DNA from: Candidatus Kaiserbacteria bacterium
GTDB taxonomy: Bacteria > Patescibacteriota > Minisyncoccia > Phycocordibacterales > Phycocordibacteraceae
Assembly (NCBI GenBank): GCA_023264445.1
Contig: JAHFMN010000003.1
Span: 18,421-82,420, forward strand
DNA length: 64,000 nucleotides
Direction of reading: 5' to 3'
Under the pieces are notes generated by a model. It saw only the letters and a list, made by a program, of their open reading frames with translations, searched no databases and was not told the origin of the DNA. Positions 38,612 through 48,140 of the stretch are shown here, in pieces (within the stretch, counting starts at the first letter, position 1; every line of letters begins with the position of its first letter). The translations under genes were made by a program, and so were the position numbers.

Positions 38612-39367
38612 ATGCAAACGACGCTTAGCGTGGTGATTCCGGCCCACAATGAAGAAGGTTCTGTTAGAGAAACGGTGAAGTCCATATCTGGCGCGCTCAC
38701 GCGGGAACACATTCCGTTTGAAATTGTCGTGGTGAATGACCACTCCACCGATGCGACAACAACCGTACTCGCCGAGCTCGTCCAAGAGATACCGCAACTA
38801 CGAGCCGTAGACAATAAACAGTTGCCGGGTTATGGAAGAACAGTCGTGAGCGGTATCAACGCCGCGCACGGCGACTATGTTGCCATTATGATGGCCGACC
38901 TCTCGGATGATCCAGAAGATCTCGTCCGTTTCTACCGAAAGGCACAGGAGACCGGAGCGGACTGCGTATTTGGTAGCCGATTCATAAAAGGCGGGGCGAC
39001 CTATGACTACCCTCAATTCAAATTATTGCTCAACCGTTTTGCCAATACGCTCGTGCGCGTACTGTTCGGCTTCCGCTATAACGACTGCACCAATGCATTC
39101 AAGCTTTTCAAGCGAGACACCCTTGAGGGATTGCGTCCTTTCCTTTCTCCGCACTTCAATCTTACGCTTGAATTGCCGCTTAAAGCTATCGTGCGCGGAT
39201 ATTCGTATGTCGTGCTTCCCAATTCATGGCACAACCGTAAAAGTGGTGTCTCAAAACTCAAGATAAAGGAGATGGGGAGCCGATATCTGTTCGTACTGCT
39301 GTATTGTCTCATTGAACGCCACTTCAGCCGTGGAGATTTTAAGAAAAGCGATCCAGTACTATCATGA
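38612..39367 (+). CDS. GT2 polyprenyl-phosphate sugar synthase (Dpm1-like), third copy
   Basis: LSVVIPAHNEEGSV...VVVNDHSTDAT...MMADLSDDP. Confidence 0.8.
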   Translation: MQTTLSVVIPAHNEEGSVRETVKSISGALTREHIPFEIVVVNDHSTDATTTVLAELVQEIPQLRAVDNKQLPGYGRTVVSGINAAHGDYVAIMMADLSDDPEDLVRFYRKAQETGADCVFGSRFIKGGATYDYPQFKLLLNRFANTLVRVLFGFRYNDCTNAFKLFKRDTLEGLRPFLSPHFNLTLELPLKAIVRGYSYVVLPNSWHNRKSGVSKLKIKEMGSRYLFVLLYCLIERHFSRGDFKKSDPVLS

Positions 39368-40197
39368 GGCTCTTCAGGTTTATTGGGTATTTTTTGCAAC
39401 TGCAGAGACTAATCGGTCTTCGAGCGGCAAGTGCTTTTGCACTCGTGCATGCACGGAATAAGCGCAATCCCCCTCATGACGGGGAGCTAGCGCATGTTCC
39501 CGTAGGACCGTATGTGTTTTATTTTCCATCACTTCCCTACTTTGAGGGACTCTTTACTGAAATATTTTTTAAGGGAACGTATCGGCTTGCCGCCACGCGC
39601 AATCCCATTCGCGTCATCGATTGCGGGGCAAATATCGGCGTATCGCTCCTCTACTTCAAGATACGTGCACCGCAGGCGCGCGTGCTGTGCTTCGAACCCA
39701 ACCCCGCCGCGCGAGCAGTGCTTGAGAAAAATATCGAAGCAAATGGATGGAAAAAGGATGTGCAGGTATTTCCGTACGCGCTCGGAAAGGAAAAAGGTAT
39801 GATGCGATTCTTTGTCGAGAAAAACGCACCGACCAGCAGCGGAGGGAGCGCTACAAACTATCTGAAGGAAGAAGGCCGCGAGCTTGATGTGTACGACGTG
39901 GAGATGACGACGCTCTCGCAGTACATCGACAGCGATATTGCTCTGCTTAAGATAGACATTGAGGGTGCAGAATTCGACGTTCTGGAGGAATTAGCCACAC
40001 AAGACAGCATGCGCCATATTGCCGCGATACAGCTCGAGTATCATTACATTCCCGGATTCTTCACGAGACCGCTCTCTGACCTGCTCGCTCTACTTGAGTC
40101 ACATGGGTTCCATACGTCCGTGCAATCAAATGCACCAACCAATCACATAGCTGATCCTGCGGCCATACAAACTTCCATGGTCTTTGCACAGCGCTAG
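39364..40197 (+). CDS. FkbM-family methyltransferase
   Basis: VIDCGANIGVS...LKIDIEGAEFDV; ATGA overlap with the preceding GT2. Confidence 0.7.
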   Translation: MRLFRFIGYFLQLQRLIGLRAASAFALVHARNKRNPPHDGELAHVPVGPYVFYFPSLPYFEGLFTEIFFKGTYRLAATRNPIRVIDCGANIGVSLLYFKIRAPQARVLCFEPNPAARAVLEKNIEANGWKKDVQVFPYALGKEKGMMRFFVEKNAPTSSGGSATNYLKEEGRELDVYDVEMTTLSQYIDSDIALLKIDIEGAEFDVLEELATQDSMRHIAAIQLEYHYIPGFFTRPLSDLLALLESHGFHTSVQSNAPTNHIADPAAIQTSMVFAQR

Positions 40198-40228
40198 CAA
40201 CAAAAAAACGCCCCTCATACGAGGGGCG
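40198..40228. terminator. Bidirectional intrinsic terminator between convergent genes
   Basis: A-tract caacaaaaaaa, 8-bp GC stem cgcccctc/gaggggcg with atac loop. On the minus strand the hairpin (containing the rSAM stop codon) is followed by a T-tract. Confidence 0.65.
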
Positions 40229-41711
40229 AAGAACTGCGAAGGATGTGGGACGGTGGAGACTGCCCCATCGAGTGCTCATAGAGCGCTGCGGGGCGGCTCT
40301 GATTGAACGGGATGCCGAGTCCTTTGCGGACGTCTGCTTCCAATTCGTTACGGCGTACTACGAGCGTTGCGGCGTCCAGATAATCAGTCCACACGTGTGA
40401 GGCGTATCCATCATCCGGATCGCCCTTGTAGTAGTCCGCTTCCCTGCTGTAGTCGACTTCCTCCTGGTAGAGGCGGTCTCCGTTTTTGCAGGAGTAGACC
40501 CACACCGGTTTCCCGTTTGCCTCCCCGAAAGGAAGCGCCTGGTCATAGTAGGGCGAACCAGGATACGGCGTGATGATTGATGCGTCGAAGTCGAACGGCT
40601 TGACCTCCATGAGCCACTTGCGTGTCTCCTGAATCGTCTCCTCGGACTCGCCCGGGTGACCGAGCGACATGAGCGCCTTCACCTTGAGTCCGTGACGACG
40701 CGCAATCTCCACACAGCGGGTGTTGTCGTCGCGCGTCGCGATCTTCTGGATGTTCTCCAGAATACGCGGCGAACCCGACTCGAACCCGATCAGGAGCTGC
40801 CGAAAGCCGGCTTCGAACATCGCCTGCGCCTGTTCATCGGTGAACCGCTCCGATTTGACGAACCCGCGTAACTTCCACTCCGTCTTCAGGTCGCGTTGCG
40901 CCTGTGCGATCTTCTGCATCAGGGTGACCATCTTCGGATTGACGTTGAGCTCGTCATCGTAGAACATGAAGCCCTTGTAACCGCGTAGCTGATACAAGAA
41001 CGACATTTCTTCGACGATGCTCTCATCGCTTCTCGTACGGATGTTGCGCAGCATGGGCGAAGCCCGTCCTGCACAGAACCCGCACTTGTACGGACACCCG
41101 AGCTGGGCGATGAGCGAAAGCGCGGGAACGCCGTCGATGGTGTAGCGGTAGCTTGCAAGGTCGATAAGATGCCGCGCCGGAAATGGCGTTGCATCGAGCC
41201 GCGCATCGGTGAGGAAATGCGGAGATTTGCGATCATCCGCATCGATGAGCTTCGGTGCATCGTCTTCTGCGGCGAGAAAGATAGTCTCTTCCCCGTCGCC
41301 GGCAACGATAACGTCGAAGTGCTCCTCAAGCTGGCGATAGGCTTCGTGGGCCCTACCAACCCTCTGATGCTGGTTCTCGTACTTGCGCGCGGCGACGACG
41401 AGCGTCGCATGCGTGCCACCGATGATGATCCGAGCATCGGACTTCACCGAACGAATTGCGGCAGCGATCTGCACTGCTGCAGGAAACTGCGGCGTCGTTG
41501 CGGTGATACCGAAGTGTCGTGCTACTGAACCGCGAACATGATCTTCGACCGCATCGGTGAAGTTCTTGATGCCGGAGAGGTCGAGTACTTCGACCGGCCA
41601 ATCCGCCTCCTCGAGCATTGCCGCTACTTTCAGCGGTCCAAGGAAGGGAAACACCCGCTCGTCCAAAAGGAATGGAGAGGGCGGGATGATAAGGCAGACA
41701 GTGTGTGCCAT
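40215..41711 (-). CDS. B12-binding domain radical SAM protein (class B rSAM, putative methylase)
   Basis: N-terminal B12-binding-like region, then CPYKCGFC (CxxxCxxC) radical SAM motif; 498 aa. Confidence 0.75.
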   Translation of the reverse strand: MAHTVCLIIPPSPFLLDERVFPFLGPLKVAAMLEEADWPVEVLDLSGIKNFTDAVEDHVRGSVARHFGITATTPQFPAAVQIAAAIRSVKSDARIIIGGTHATLVVAARKYENQHQRVGRAHEAYRQLEEHFDVIVAGDGEETIFLAAEDDAPKLIDADDRKSPHFLTDARLDATPFPARHLIDLASYRYTIDGVPALSLIAQLGCPYKCGFCAGRASPMLRNIRTRSDESIVEEMSFLYQLRGYKGFMFYDDELNVNPKMVTLMQKIAQAQRDLKTEWKLRGFVKSERFTDEQAQAMFEAGFRQLLIGFESGSPRILENIQKIATRDDNTRCVEIARRHGLKVKALMSLGHPGESEETIQETRKWLMEVKPFDFDASIITPYPGSPYYDQALPFGEANGKPVWVYSCKNGDRLYQEEVDYSREADYYKGDPDDGYASHVWTDYLDAATLVVRRNELEADVRKGLGIPFNQSRPAALYEHSMGQSPPSHILRSSSPLV

Positions 41712-41801
41712 CTCGATATCCTTTCGTAATAGGTTGTTGAAGGAGCTCCGTAGCGGAGCATACCATTTTCTCTTTTGTCAAGAAAGATTGACAATTGAGG
41801 T

Positions 41802-42917
41802 TTACGGCATCTTATTTTGCACGAGACGTTGTGCACGTAATTCTTCCACGATGAGGGGCATAAGCGCTTCAATGCGGAAATACTTGACGTAGGCATCGCG
41901 GGCATTTCTCTGCATCTGTTTGTAGCGCTCCGGCGAAATCTTCGCATGGAACTCGGCGATGATTTCCGGCAAGCGTTCGACATCGCGGAAGTCTACGGTA
42001 AGCGCAAAGGAAGAATAATCCACCTTATCGCTAAACGGAAAATTGCGTTCGGTATCCACAATGACGGGAATGCGCCCGAGCGATAGTATCTCGAAGAGCC
42101 GGGTTGAATCATTCGCATCTCCGCGCACATCGAGCGCATAATCGCTCTCAAGGATGGTGTTGACCATTTCCTCGCGAAGCTTCTGCATATCGCCCATCGC
42201 CGTTTTCGGGCTGGCAGAAAATGACATGCGCGCATGAAGATTGAGCGTTACAAGCGGCGAGCGCTGCAATATCCCTATCGCCTTCTGGCGCCACAGCACC
42301 CCTTTGATGCAGGCGCGGTACCGCTTGTCGAAGATGCTCTTGAAGCGCACTGGCAATTCTTTCATCACCGTGCGGACATACTGCATCGGAGAAAGCTTCG
42401 CCCAGCCGGCAAATCCTATGATGGGTTTCCCTTCTCTCTTTGCGCGAATCTCGAGCGTCCCGCCACGGTATCGCTCCAAGAAATCATCCGCAATGGGCGG
42501 TATTTGGGTTCTCCCGCGCTCGGGCAAGAAATGATATCCGCCATATCGCAGGATATGGGCGTTTTCTATATTGATTGGATAGTCCACATCTCCCACGCCA
42601 TCGACGAGGAGCGGCAATCCTGCTTCCTTCGCTGTCCGCACGCATTCGTCGAAGAGCGCCGTATCATGCCGGAGGAACCATATGTGCGGATACGGCGGCA
42701 GTACCATGTCGGCCGCATGTACATCATCAGTGATGGTGTAGTACTTCGTATCGAATGAGTGGGCATCGAACATCTGCTTGGGAAAAATCGCTTCGTCTTC
42801 GTAAGGATTGCCCCACCAGGGATTGAGGAGCGGGGTGTGAATACGCCCGCGATGCCACGCGGGATTGACGTACAGCCGGAGCGGCTGAAATTTAACGGAG
42901 TTTTGAGAGACGTTCAT
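41802..42917 (-). CDS. Putative glycosyltransferase, exostosin (GT47)-like C-terminal motif
   Basis: LDVRGDANDSTRLFEILSLGRIPVIVD...FPFSDKVDYSSF resembles the conserved exostosin-family C-terminal block. Confidence 0.45.
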   Translation of the reverse strand: MNVSQNSVKFQPLRLYVNPAWHRGRIHTPLLNPWWGNPYEDEAIFPKQMFDAHSFDTKYYTITDDVHAADMVLPPYPHIWFLRHDTALFDECVRTAKEAGLPLLVDGVGDVDYPINIENAHILRYGGYHFLPERGRTQIPPIADDFLERYRGGTLEIRAKREGKPIIGFAGWAKLSPMQYVRTVMKELPVRFKSIFDKRYRACIKGVLWRQKAIGILQRSPLVTLNLHARMSFSASPKTAMGDMQKLREEMVNTILESDYALDVRGDANDSTRLFEILSLGRIPVIVDTERNFPFSDKVDYSSFALTVDFRDVERLPEIIAEFHAKISPERYKQMQRNARDAYVKYFRIEALMPLIVEELRAQRLVQNKMP

Positions 42918-43914
42918 AGTCGGCTTTTGCCATCATCTCCGCTAGTCCGTCGAAGGTAACTTCTGGGCTCCATCCGAGCTCAGTACGCGCCTTGGTACTG
43001 TCGCCCATTAGATGATGCACTTCATTGGGACGATAATACTCTTTATTTATAGTGAGAATGACCTTGCCTTTGTCATCTCTTGCAACCTCATCGAGACCGG
43101 AACCGCTCCATGAAAGATTTATGCCAAGTGCGCGGGCGGCCGCCTCAACGAATTCACGCACGGTATGGCTAATCCCGGTCGAAATAACATAATCAGCTGG
43201 TGTCTTCCGTCCGAGCATCAGATGCATGGCCTTTATATAATCCCCGGCAAAGCCCCAATCGCGTTTGGCCTCTAGATTCCCGAGCGAGAAGCTGTCTTGC
43301 ATGCCAAGCTTTATTTTTGAAAGTGAGATGGTGATTTTACGCGTGACGAAATGCTCACCACGATGCGGTGATTCATGATTGAACAGGATGCCGGAACAAA
43401 TGAAAAGTCCGTGTTTCTCCCTGTATCCTTTGACGAAATGTTCATGTGCTAATAGTTTTGCTTCCCCGTAAGGACTCACCGGTTGAAAGGAAGAAAGTTC
43501 ATTTTGCGGGGGCTTTGTCTTACCGAACATCTCACTCGTTGATGCTTGGTAGATCCGTACGTCCGGACGTACTCTCACCGCCTCATGTACCAAACGACCG
43601 AGTCCGTGATAATTGATTTCCATTGTTTCATCCGGACATTTGAAAGAAATCCCTACGTCGGACTGCGCCGCAAGGTTGTATATCTCGTCGGGTTTGCTTT
43701 CCTCGAGCGCAAAACGCAATGTGCCGCTGTCGCGCAAATTCCCATAGTTGATATGCATCCCTGTATGTTTGGTAAGCTCGCCAAGCCGCAGCATTGGATC
43801 GAGGCTTGTCCTGCGCACGAGTCCCCACACCTCATAGCCAAGACCGAGGAGATAGTCCGCTAGATAGGAGCCGTCCTGGCCAGTGATACCCGTGATGAGA
43901 GCTCTTTTTTTCAT
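42892..43914 (-). CDS. gmd: GDP-mannose 4,6-dehydratase
   Basis: MKKRALITGITGQDGSYLADYLL...YGEAKL...GILFNHESPHRG, canonical Gmd. Start at 43914 (the ORF-track start at 43977 is an upstream extension). Confidence 0.9.
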   Translation of the reverse strand: MKKRALITGITGQDGSYLADYLLGLGYEVWGLVRRTSLDPMLRLGELTKHTGMHINYGNLRDSGTLRFALEESKPDEIYNLAAQSDVGISFKCPDETMEINYHGLGRLVHEAVRVRPDVRIYQASTSEMFGKTKPPQNELSSFQPVSPYGEAKLLAHEHFVKGYREKHGLFICSGILFNHESPHRGEHFVTRKITISLSKIKLGMQDSFSLGNLEAKRDWGFAGDYIKAMHLMLGRKTPADYVISTGISHTVREFVEAAARALGINLSWSGSGLDEVARDDKGKVILTINKEYYRPNEVHHLMGDSTKARTELGWSPEVTFDGLAEMMAKADYERLSKLR

Positions 43915-43922
43915 CGACTGTT

Positions 43923-45020
43923 TCAGAGTACTTTCTTTTCCAAAAAGAGCAAATATTCGTGCGCGGTTTTTTCCCAAGAGAATTTTTTCGCCTGTGCATG
44001 CCCTTTTTCGATCATCTCTGCGCGCAATCTGCGATCGGAAAAGATCTTTTCCATAGCGCGGCTGATATCTTCGACATTATATGGGTCGACGAGTAACCCG
44101 GCATCGCCTGCCGCTTCGGGCAAAGACGATAGAGAAGAAGTGATGACTGGCGTACCGAGGTGCATCGCCTCCACTACCGGCATGCCGAATCCTTCGTTTA
44201 GCGAAGGGAAAACGAATGCTACTGCATGCATATAGTACGAACAGAGCGATTCTGTCGGCACATAGCCGACAAAAAATACATCGTTTCGTAATCCGTTTCT
44301 TGTAAGTTCTTCGGTCATTGAACGGTAGTATCCATCGCCCGTCTTACCGGCTATCACGAGCTTGCAATCGGCGTTCGTCCGCTTCTTGAATTGTATGAAC
44401 GCAGACACTATACCGTGTACGTTCTTGCGCGGTTTGACCCTTCCCGTAAAAAAGAAGTATGGCTTCATGTGTTCATCGACCGGCGGTGCGGTTTCCCTAT
44501 AGGGAGTCAAATCTTGAAAGCCGACATATATGATGGTAATGCTTCCTGAAGGGACCCTATAATACTTCATAATGTCCTGCATGGTAGCCTGCGAGATAGT
44601 AATGATTGAAGTGGCGCGACGGAAACATATCGGCATAAGGAGGTGATCGCGGACGAATGCCACTAGCTTATCTCCGAGTGAACCGGGGGTTATTTTTTGG
44701 CTCACCAATTCTGGGCAAATAGGCACCGCTTTGATACGACTCGGCAGTATAAGCGGTAAAAGCGGCGTAATGAACAAAAGCACGTCGATATCTTCCTTCG
44801 TCCATAAGAACCAGAATAATTTCCCCACTAGGCCTCGCGGCACAATAACGTTGCGTATCGGCACGTTCACCAGACCGCTTTGGATGGGGCGCGAAGAGTA
44901 GATGGTAAATTCGTGCTGTTTCCCCGCCGCCGGTAAGTGCTTCAAAAGTTCCCAAACCATATACCCCATGCCGGAGGCACCGGACTCTTCATAGGGTTCC
45001 GCGACAAATCCGATCTTCAT
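43923..45020 (-). CDS. GT4 glycosyltransferase
   Basis: 365 aa; C-terminal EGFGMPVVEAMHLGTPVI. Confidence 0.8.
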   Translation of the reverse strand: MKIGFVAEPYEESGASGMGYMVWELLKHLPAAGKQHEFTIYSSRPIQSGLVNVPIRNVIVPRGLVGKLFWFLWTKEDIDVLLFITPLLPLILPSRIKAVPICPELVSQKITPGSLGDKLVAFVRDHLLMPICFRRATSIITISQATMQDIMKYYRVPSGSITIIYVGFQDLTPYRETAPPVDEHMKPYFFFTGRVKPRKNVHGIVSAFIQFKKRTNADCKLVIAGKTGDGYYRSMTEELTRNGLRNDVFFVGYVPTESLCSYYMHAVAFVFPSLNEGFGMPVVEAMHLGTPVITSSLSSLPEAAGDAGLLVDPYNVEDISRAMEKIFSDRRLRAEMIEKGHAQAKKFSWEKTAHEYLLFLEKKVL

Positions 45021-45922
45021 ATTCCTTGTATGGTGCCTAGTATCGCAGGAATGAGATTCTGGAGCGAGTGATGCTTCCGAACGTACTCGGGACCTTCTGC
45101 CTCAAGCGGTTTGAGCGCTAGGTCATTCGTCCTGATGTGCAATCCGCAGGCAAGCGCTTCGAGCACGACCTTGTCCAAGCTTCCCGTCTCACTCGTATGT
45201 ATCAGATACGCGGCTCTGCGGTATTCATCACGCAATTGCGTTTGGGTAAGGCCACCCAGAAATTGAACATCAGCATGCAGGTCATAGGCCATGGCTTCCA
45301 AGTACGCACGCTCGGGACCTTCGCCTGCAATGCGCAACGCTCTTCCTTCCTGTACTGCCCGCTCTATAGCGAGGTCGTGACGCTTGCTCGGCATGAGTCG
45401 CCCAACAGAAAGAATCCAATTGCCGCGCGCAACGCTCTCATCAGGAGAAAAGAAATTAGTATCTATGCCGTGTCCCATCACGCGCACTTTTGAACTTGCA
45501 AGACGGAAACTTTCTTTTGATGCAGTGAAAACGACGTTTGAAAGAAAAGTCGCGATGCGAAGCTGTAGGTTGACGCTCTTGTGCGTATACCATAAGGCGA
45601 TGCGCTTATGCAGGAGACGCCAGAGAGGACCGGCGACAACGATATATTCCGGATTCATATGCACGAATACGGCATCATATTCGTGTCGGAGTTTCCACGC
45701 CAAGTATTTGAATCGCATAGCGTAGGTGAGTGCGGAGGATCTTCCCTTCTCCTTTCCGAGCGAGTGCACCCGTACGTTTGCCGGCAGTGTATGAGTACCT
45801 TCATACAAACATATGACCTCCACGCGCTTCGTGTGTCTTGCGAACTCTTCTACCCAACGCACGAAGAATCCAAGATCAGAATCCCCGGCATCAACTACTT
45901 GTGTGCAGATGAGTAATTTCAT
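45017..45922 (-). CDS. GT4-like glycosyltransferase (short)
   Basis: 301 aa; DKVVLEALACG motif region. ATGA overlaps on both sides. Confidence 0.65.
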   Translation of the reverse strand: MKLLICTQVVDAGDSDLGFFVRWVEEFARHTKRVEVICLYEGTHTLPANVRVHSLGKEKGRSSALTYAMRFKYLAWKLRHEYDAVFVHMNPEYIVVAGPLWRLLHKRIALWYTHKSVNLQLRIATFLSNVVFTASKESFRLASSKVRVMGHGIDTNFFSPDESVARGNWILSVGRLMPSKRHDLAIERAVQEGRALRIAGEGPERAYLEAMAYDLHADVQFLGGLTQTQLRDEYRRAAYLIHTSETGSLDKVVLEALACGLHIRTNDLALKPLEAEGPEYVRKHHSLQNLIPAILGTIQGI

Positions 45923-47004
45923 ACGTGAGATTCAAGCCAGTCTACAAGATTCCCGACGACGGCGTGCGGGGAAAAGTCGCTCTCCGAGCGTGCACGAGCC
46001 CGCTCCCCGAGCCGACCGCGCAAGGTTGGATCACGCTTCAACGCGATAATTTTCTCCGCAAGGGCGGCGGCATCCCCAGGCGGTACCATGCACACGTCCT
46101 CTCCATCGTGGAGCATCTCAAGTGCCGCCGGTGAGCGTTCGGTAATCACCGGCTTCCCGCAACTCATGCATTCGTACACCTTATTTGGAATGACGCGGAG
46201 CGCCTTTTCGGATGTGCCGAATATGCCAAGACACACGTCGCCACGCGCAATGGAGTGCGGAAGCTCCTGCAGGGGGCTCCTATCGAGGAACTTCATGTTC
46301 GTAAGGCCAAGCTGTTCCGCCAAGCGGGTCATGGCGGCAAAAAGCTGTCCCATGCCGGTCATCTCGAAATGCACCTGTTCTCCGCAGTCCTGAATAATCT
46401 TTGCCGCATGGATGATGTGTTCTACGCCTTGGAGGGGACTGAACCCTCCGTGGAATTCAACGATGAAACCGTCGCCGGGTGCCTGCAAAGAAGGCAATGG
46501 TTTGAAAAGGTCAGAACGGCATCCGACGCGCGCAACGATTATTTTTCCCGGACTCACGAAAAACCGTTCGGCGAAAAATCTCTTGTGCTCAAGCGTATCC
46601 ACGACGATAGCATCGGCAAGAAAGCAGGATATGGCGTCCGCGCTCCAGAGAAACCATGCGCGCGGACTGAAGCGCGAGACGCGTTTTCGATCATTGACCT
46701 CGGTGTCGTACTGCGACACGAGCGTATCGAGAATTACCGGAATCCCCCGCCGGCGTGCGAGAAACCACGCAAGCGGCATGAGGTAGTACCCCATAAAAAT
46801 GACATACACCGCATCGACAGGGCTAGTGATTTCATTCCATTTCCGATAGAGGTCTCGATACTTTGCGAAAAATCCGTTAACGAGTGTCTGGCAACGCTGT
46901 ACCTCGATACCGCGCTCAACGAGTCCTGTCCGTATCGCCCATGCCCGCCCGCCCTCGTCCTGCTCATCGAATCCGAAGAAACAGACGGAAAGTTGTTTTT
47001 TCAT
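45919..47004 (-). CDS. GT4 glycosyltransferase
   Basis: 361 aa; NKVYECMSCGKPVI region. Confidence 0.75.
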   Translation of the reverse strand: MKKQLSVCFFGFDEQDEGGRAWAIRTGLVERGIEVQRCQTLVNGFFAKYRDLYRKWNEITSPVDAVYVIFMGYYLMPLAWFLARRRGIPVILDTLVSQYDTEVNDRKRVSRFSPRAWFLWSADAISCFLADAIVVDTLEHKRFFAERFFVSPGKIIVARVGCRSDLFKPLPSLQAPGDGFIVEFHGGFSPLQGVEHIIHAAKIIQDCGEQVHFEMTGMGQLFAAMTRLAEQLGLTNMKFLDRSPLQELPHSIARGDVCLGIFGTSEKALRVIPNKVYECMSCGKPVITERSPAALEMLHDGEDVCMVPPGDAAALAEKIIALKRDPTLRGRLGERARARSESDFSPHAVVGNLVDWLESHV

Positions 47005-48140
47005 ACCTTCTGCAACGCGCGTTGAAGGTCATCTCGGATGCGCTCCACGAGATTCCCCTGTGCTGCAAGATGCGCGCGTGCGGTCGCTTCAGCATGAATC
47101 GGCAGCTGGAGCCGCACCGAGGTGTCTTCGATAAATCCAACGATGGCAAGCGAGAGCGCCGTAGGGTCGGCGACTGGCACGGCAAGCACATCTTCGTATC
47201 CTTTGAACACTTCACCGACGATCCCGACATCAGTCGTGATAATCGGGACTTTGGCGAGCGCCGCTTCGATGAGCGTGCGGCCGTACCCTTCGTACGCACT
47301 CGCTTGGATAAATGCTTGTGCATGCGCCATCAAACCTCGCGCGTCCGAACGATTGCCAAGGAAAACAACGTTATTCGTGAGACCAAGTGAACGCGTCATA
47401 CGTTCGAGTTTTCCGCGCTCGCTTCCCTCCCCAGCAATGAAGAGTCCGACCATCGGATAGTGTGCTACCACGAGCTTGAGGGCGGCAAGAATATCTTCAA
47501 TGCGTTTTTCCGGCTCGAGACGCCCGACTGCAATGAGCGCGAAGGTAAATGCGGGGTGCACGGGCAATCGCACAGGAGCAGGTGATGCTGCGTCAACTGC
47601 GATCGGGATGACTGATGGCTCGGGAATGTGGGAGCCGTACCTCGCGATGAGCGATTCTTTAATGCGCTCGGAGACGACGCGGATGCCGCTTGCCGCCGGT
47701 AAAACGCGATCGGCGAAACGCTGGCGGAAGCGATTCAAAAGCGGCATGCGCACGGAGGGCGAACGCCAATTGCCGCGCCTCGTGAACCATGAGGAAAGGA
47801 AATCCGTGTGTACTTGCACATGAAGCTTTGCGCTCGTCCCTCGGATGGCTCGAAGCGCGGCAAGACCATGCTCAAAAGGATCCTGTGCGGAGACGATATC
47901 AATTCCCTGCTCCAGAATGAGCGCATGGGCGCGCTTCTCAAGCGCTCGCATCCGAAACGGCTTCCAGGAATACACGGGGTAGAGAAACAGGTTCCCGTCC
48001 TGCGCTTCGCGCGCGCCTGGACGCGCGGAAGATACGATATGCAGTGTGCCTATTTCCGCGGCATACACGCGCATGCGCGCGCGAGCCGCACTCGCTTCAT
48101 CGAATATGGTCGGGTCGTTCGAGATGAAAAGGACTTTCAT
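47001..48140 (-). CDS. GT4 glycosyltransferase
   Basis: 379 aa; EGYGRTLIEAALAKVPIITTD. Confidence 0.8.
   Translation of the reverse strand: MKVLFISNDPTIFDEASAARARMRVYAAEIGTLHIVSSARPGAREAQDGNLFLYPVYSWKPFRMRALEKRAHALILEQGIDIVSAQDPFEHGLAALRAIRGTSAKLHVQVHTDFLSSWFTRRGNWRSPSVRMPLLNRFRQRFADRVLPAASGIRVVSERIKESLIARYGSHIPEPSVIPIAVDAASPAPVRLPVHPAFTFALIAVGRLEPEKRIEDILAALKLVVAHYPMVGLFIAGEGSERGKLERMTRSLGLTNNVVFLGNRSDARGLMAHAQAFIQASAYEGYGRTLIEAALAKVPIITTDVGIVGEVFKGYEDVLAVPVADPTALSLAIVGFIEDTSVRLQLPIHAEATARAHLAAQGNLVERIRDDLQRALQKV

Noticed and set aside
41712-41801. Possible promoter (TTGACA ... TGGTATGCT) upstream of the radical SAM gene
   Set aside because: The -35/-10 spacing is only about 13 nt, outside the sigma70 range. 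A 6-bp hairpin gctccg-cta-cggagc is present but the function is unclear. Not reported as a feature.
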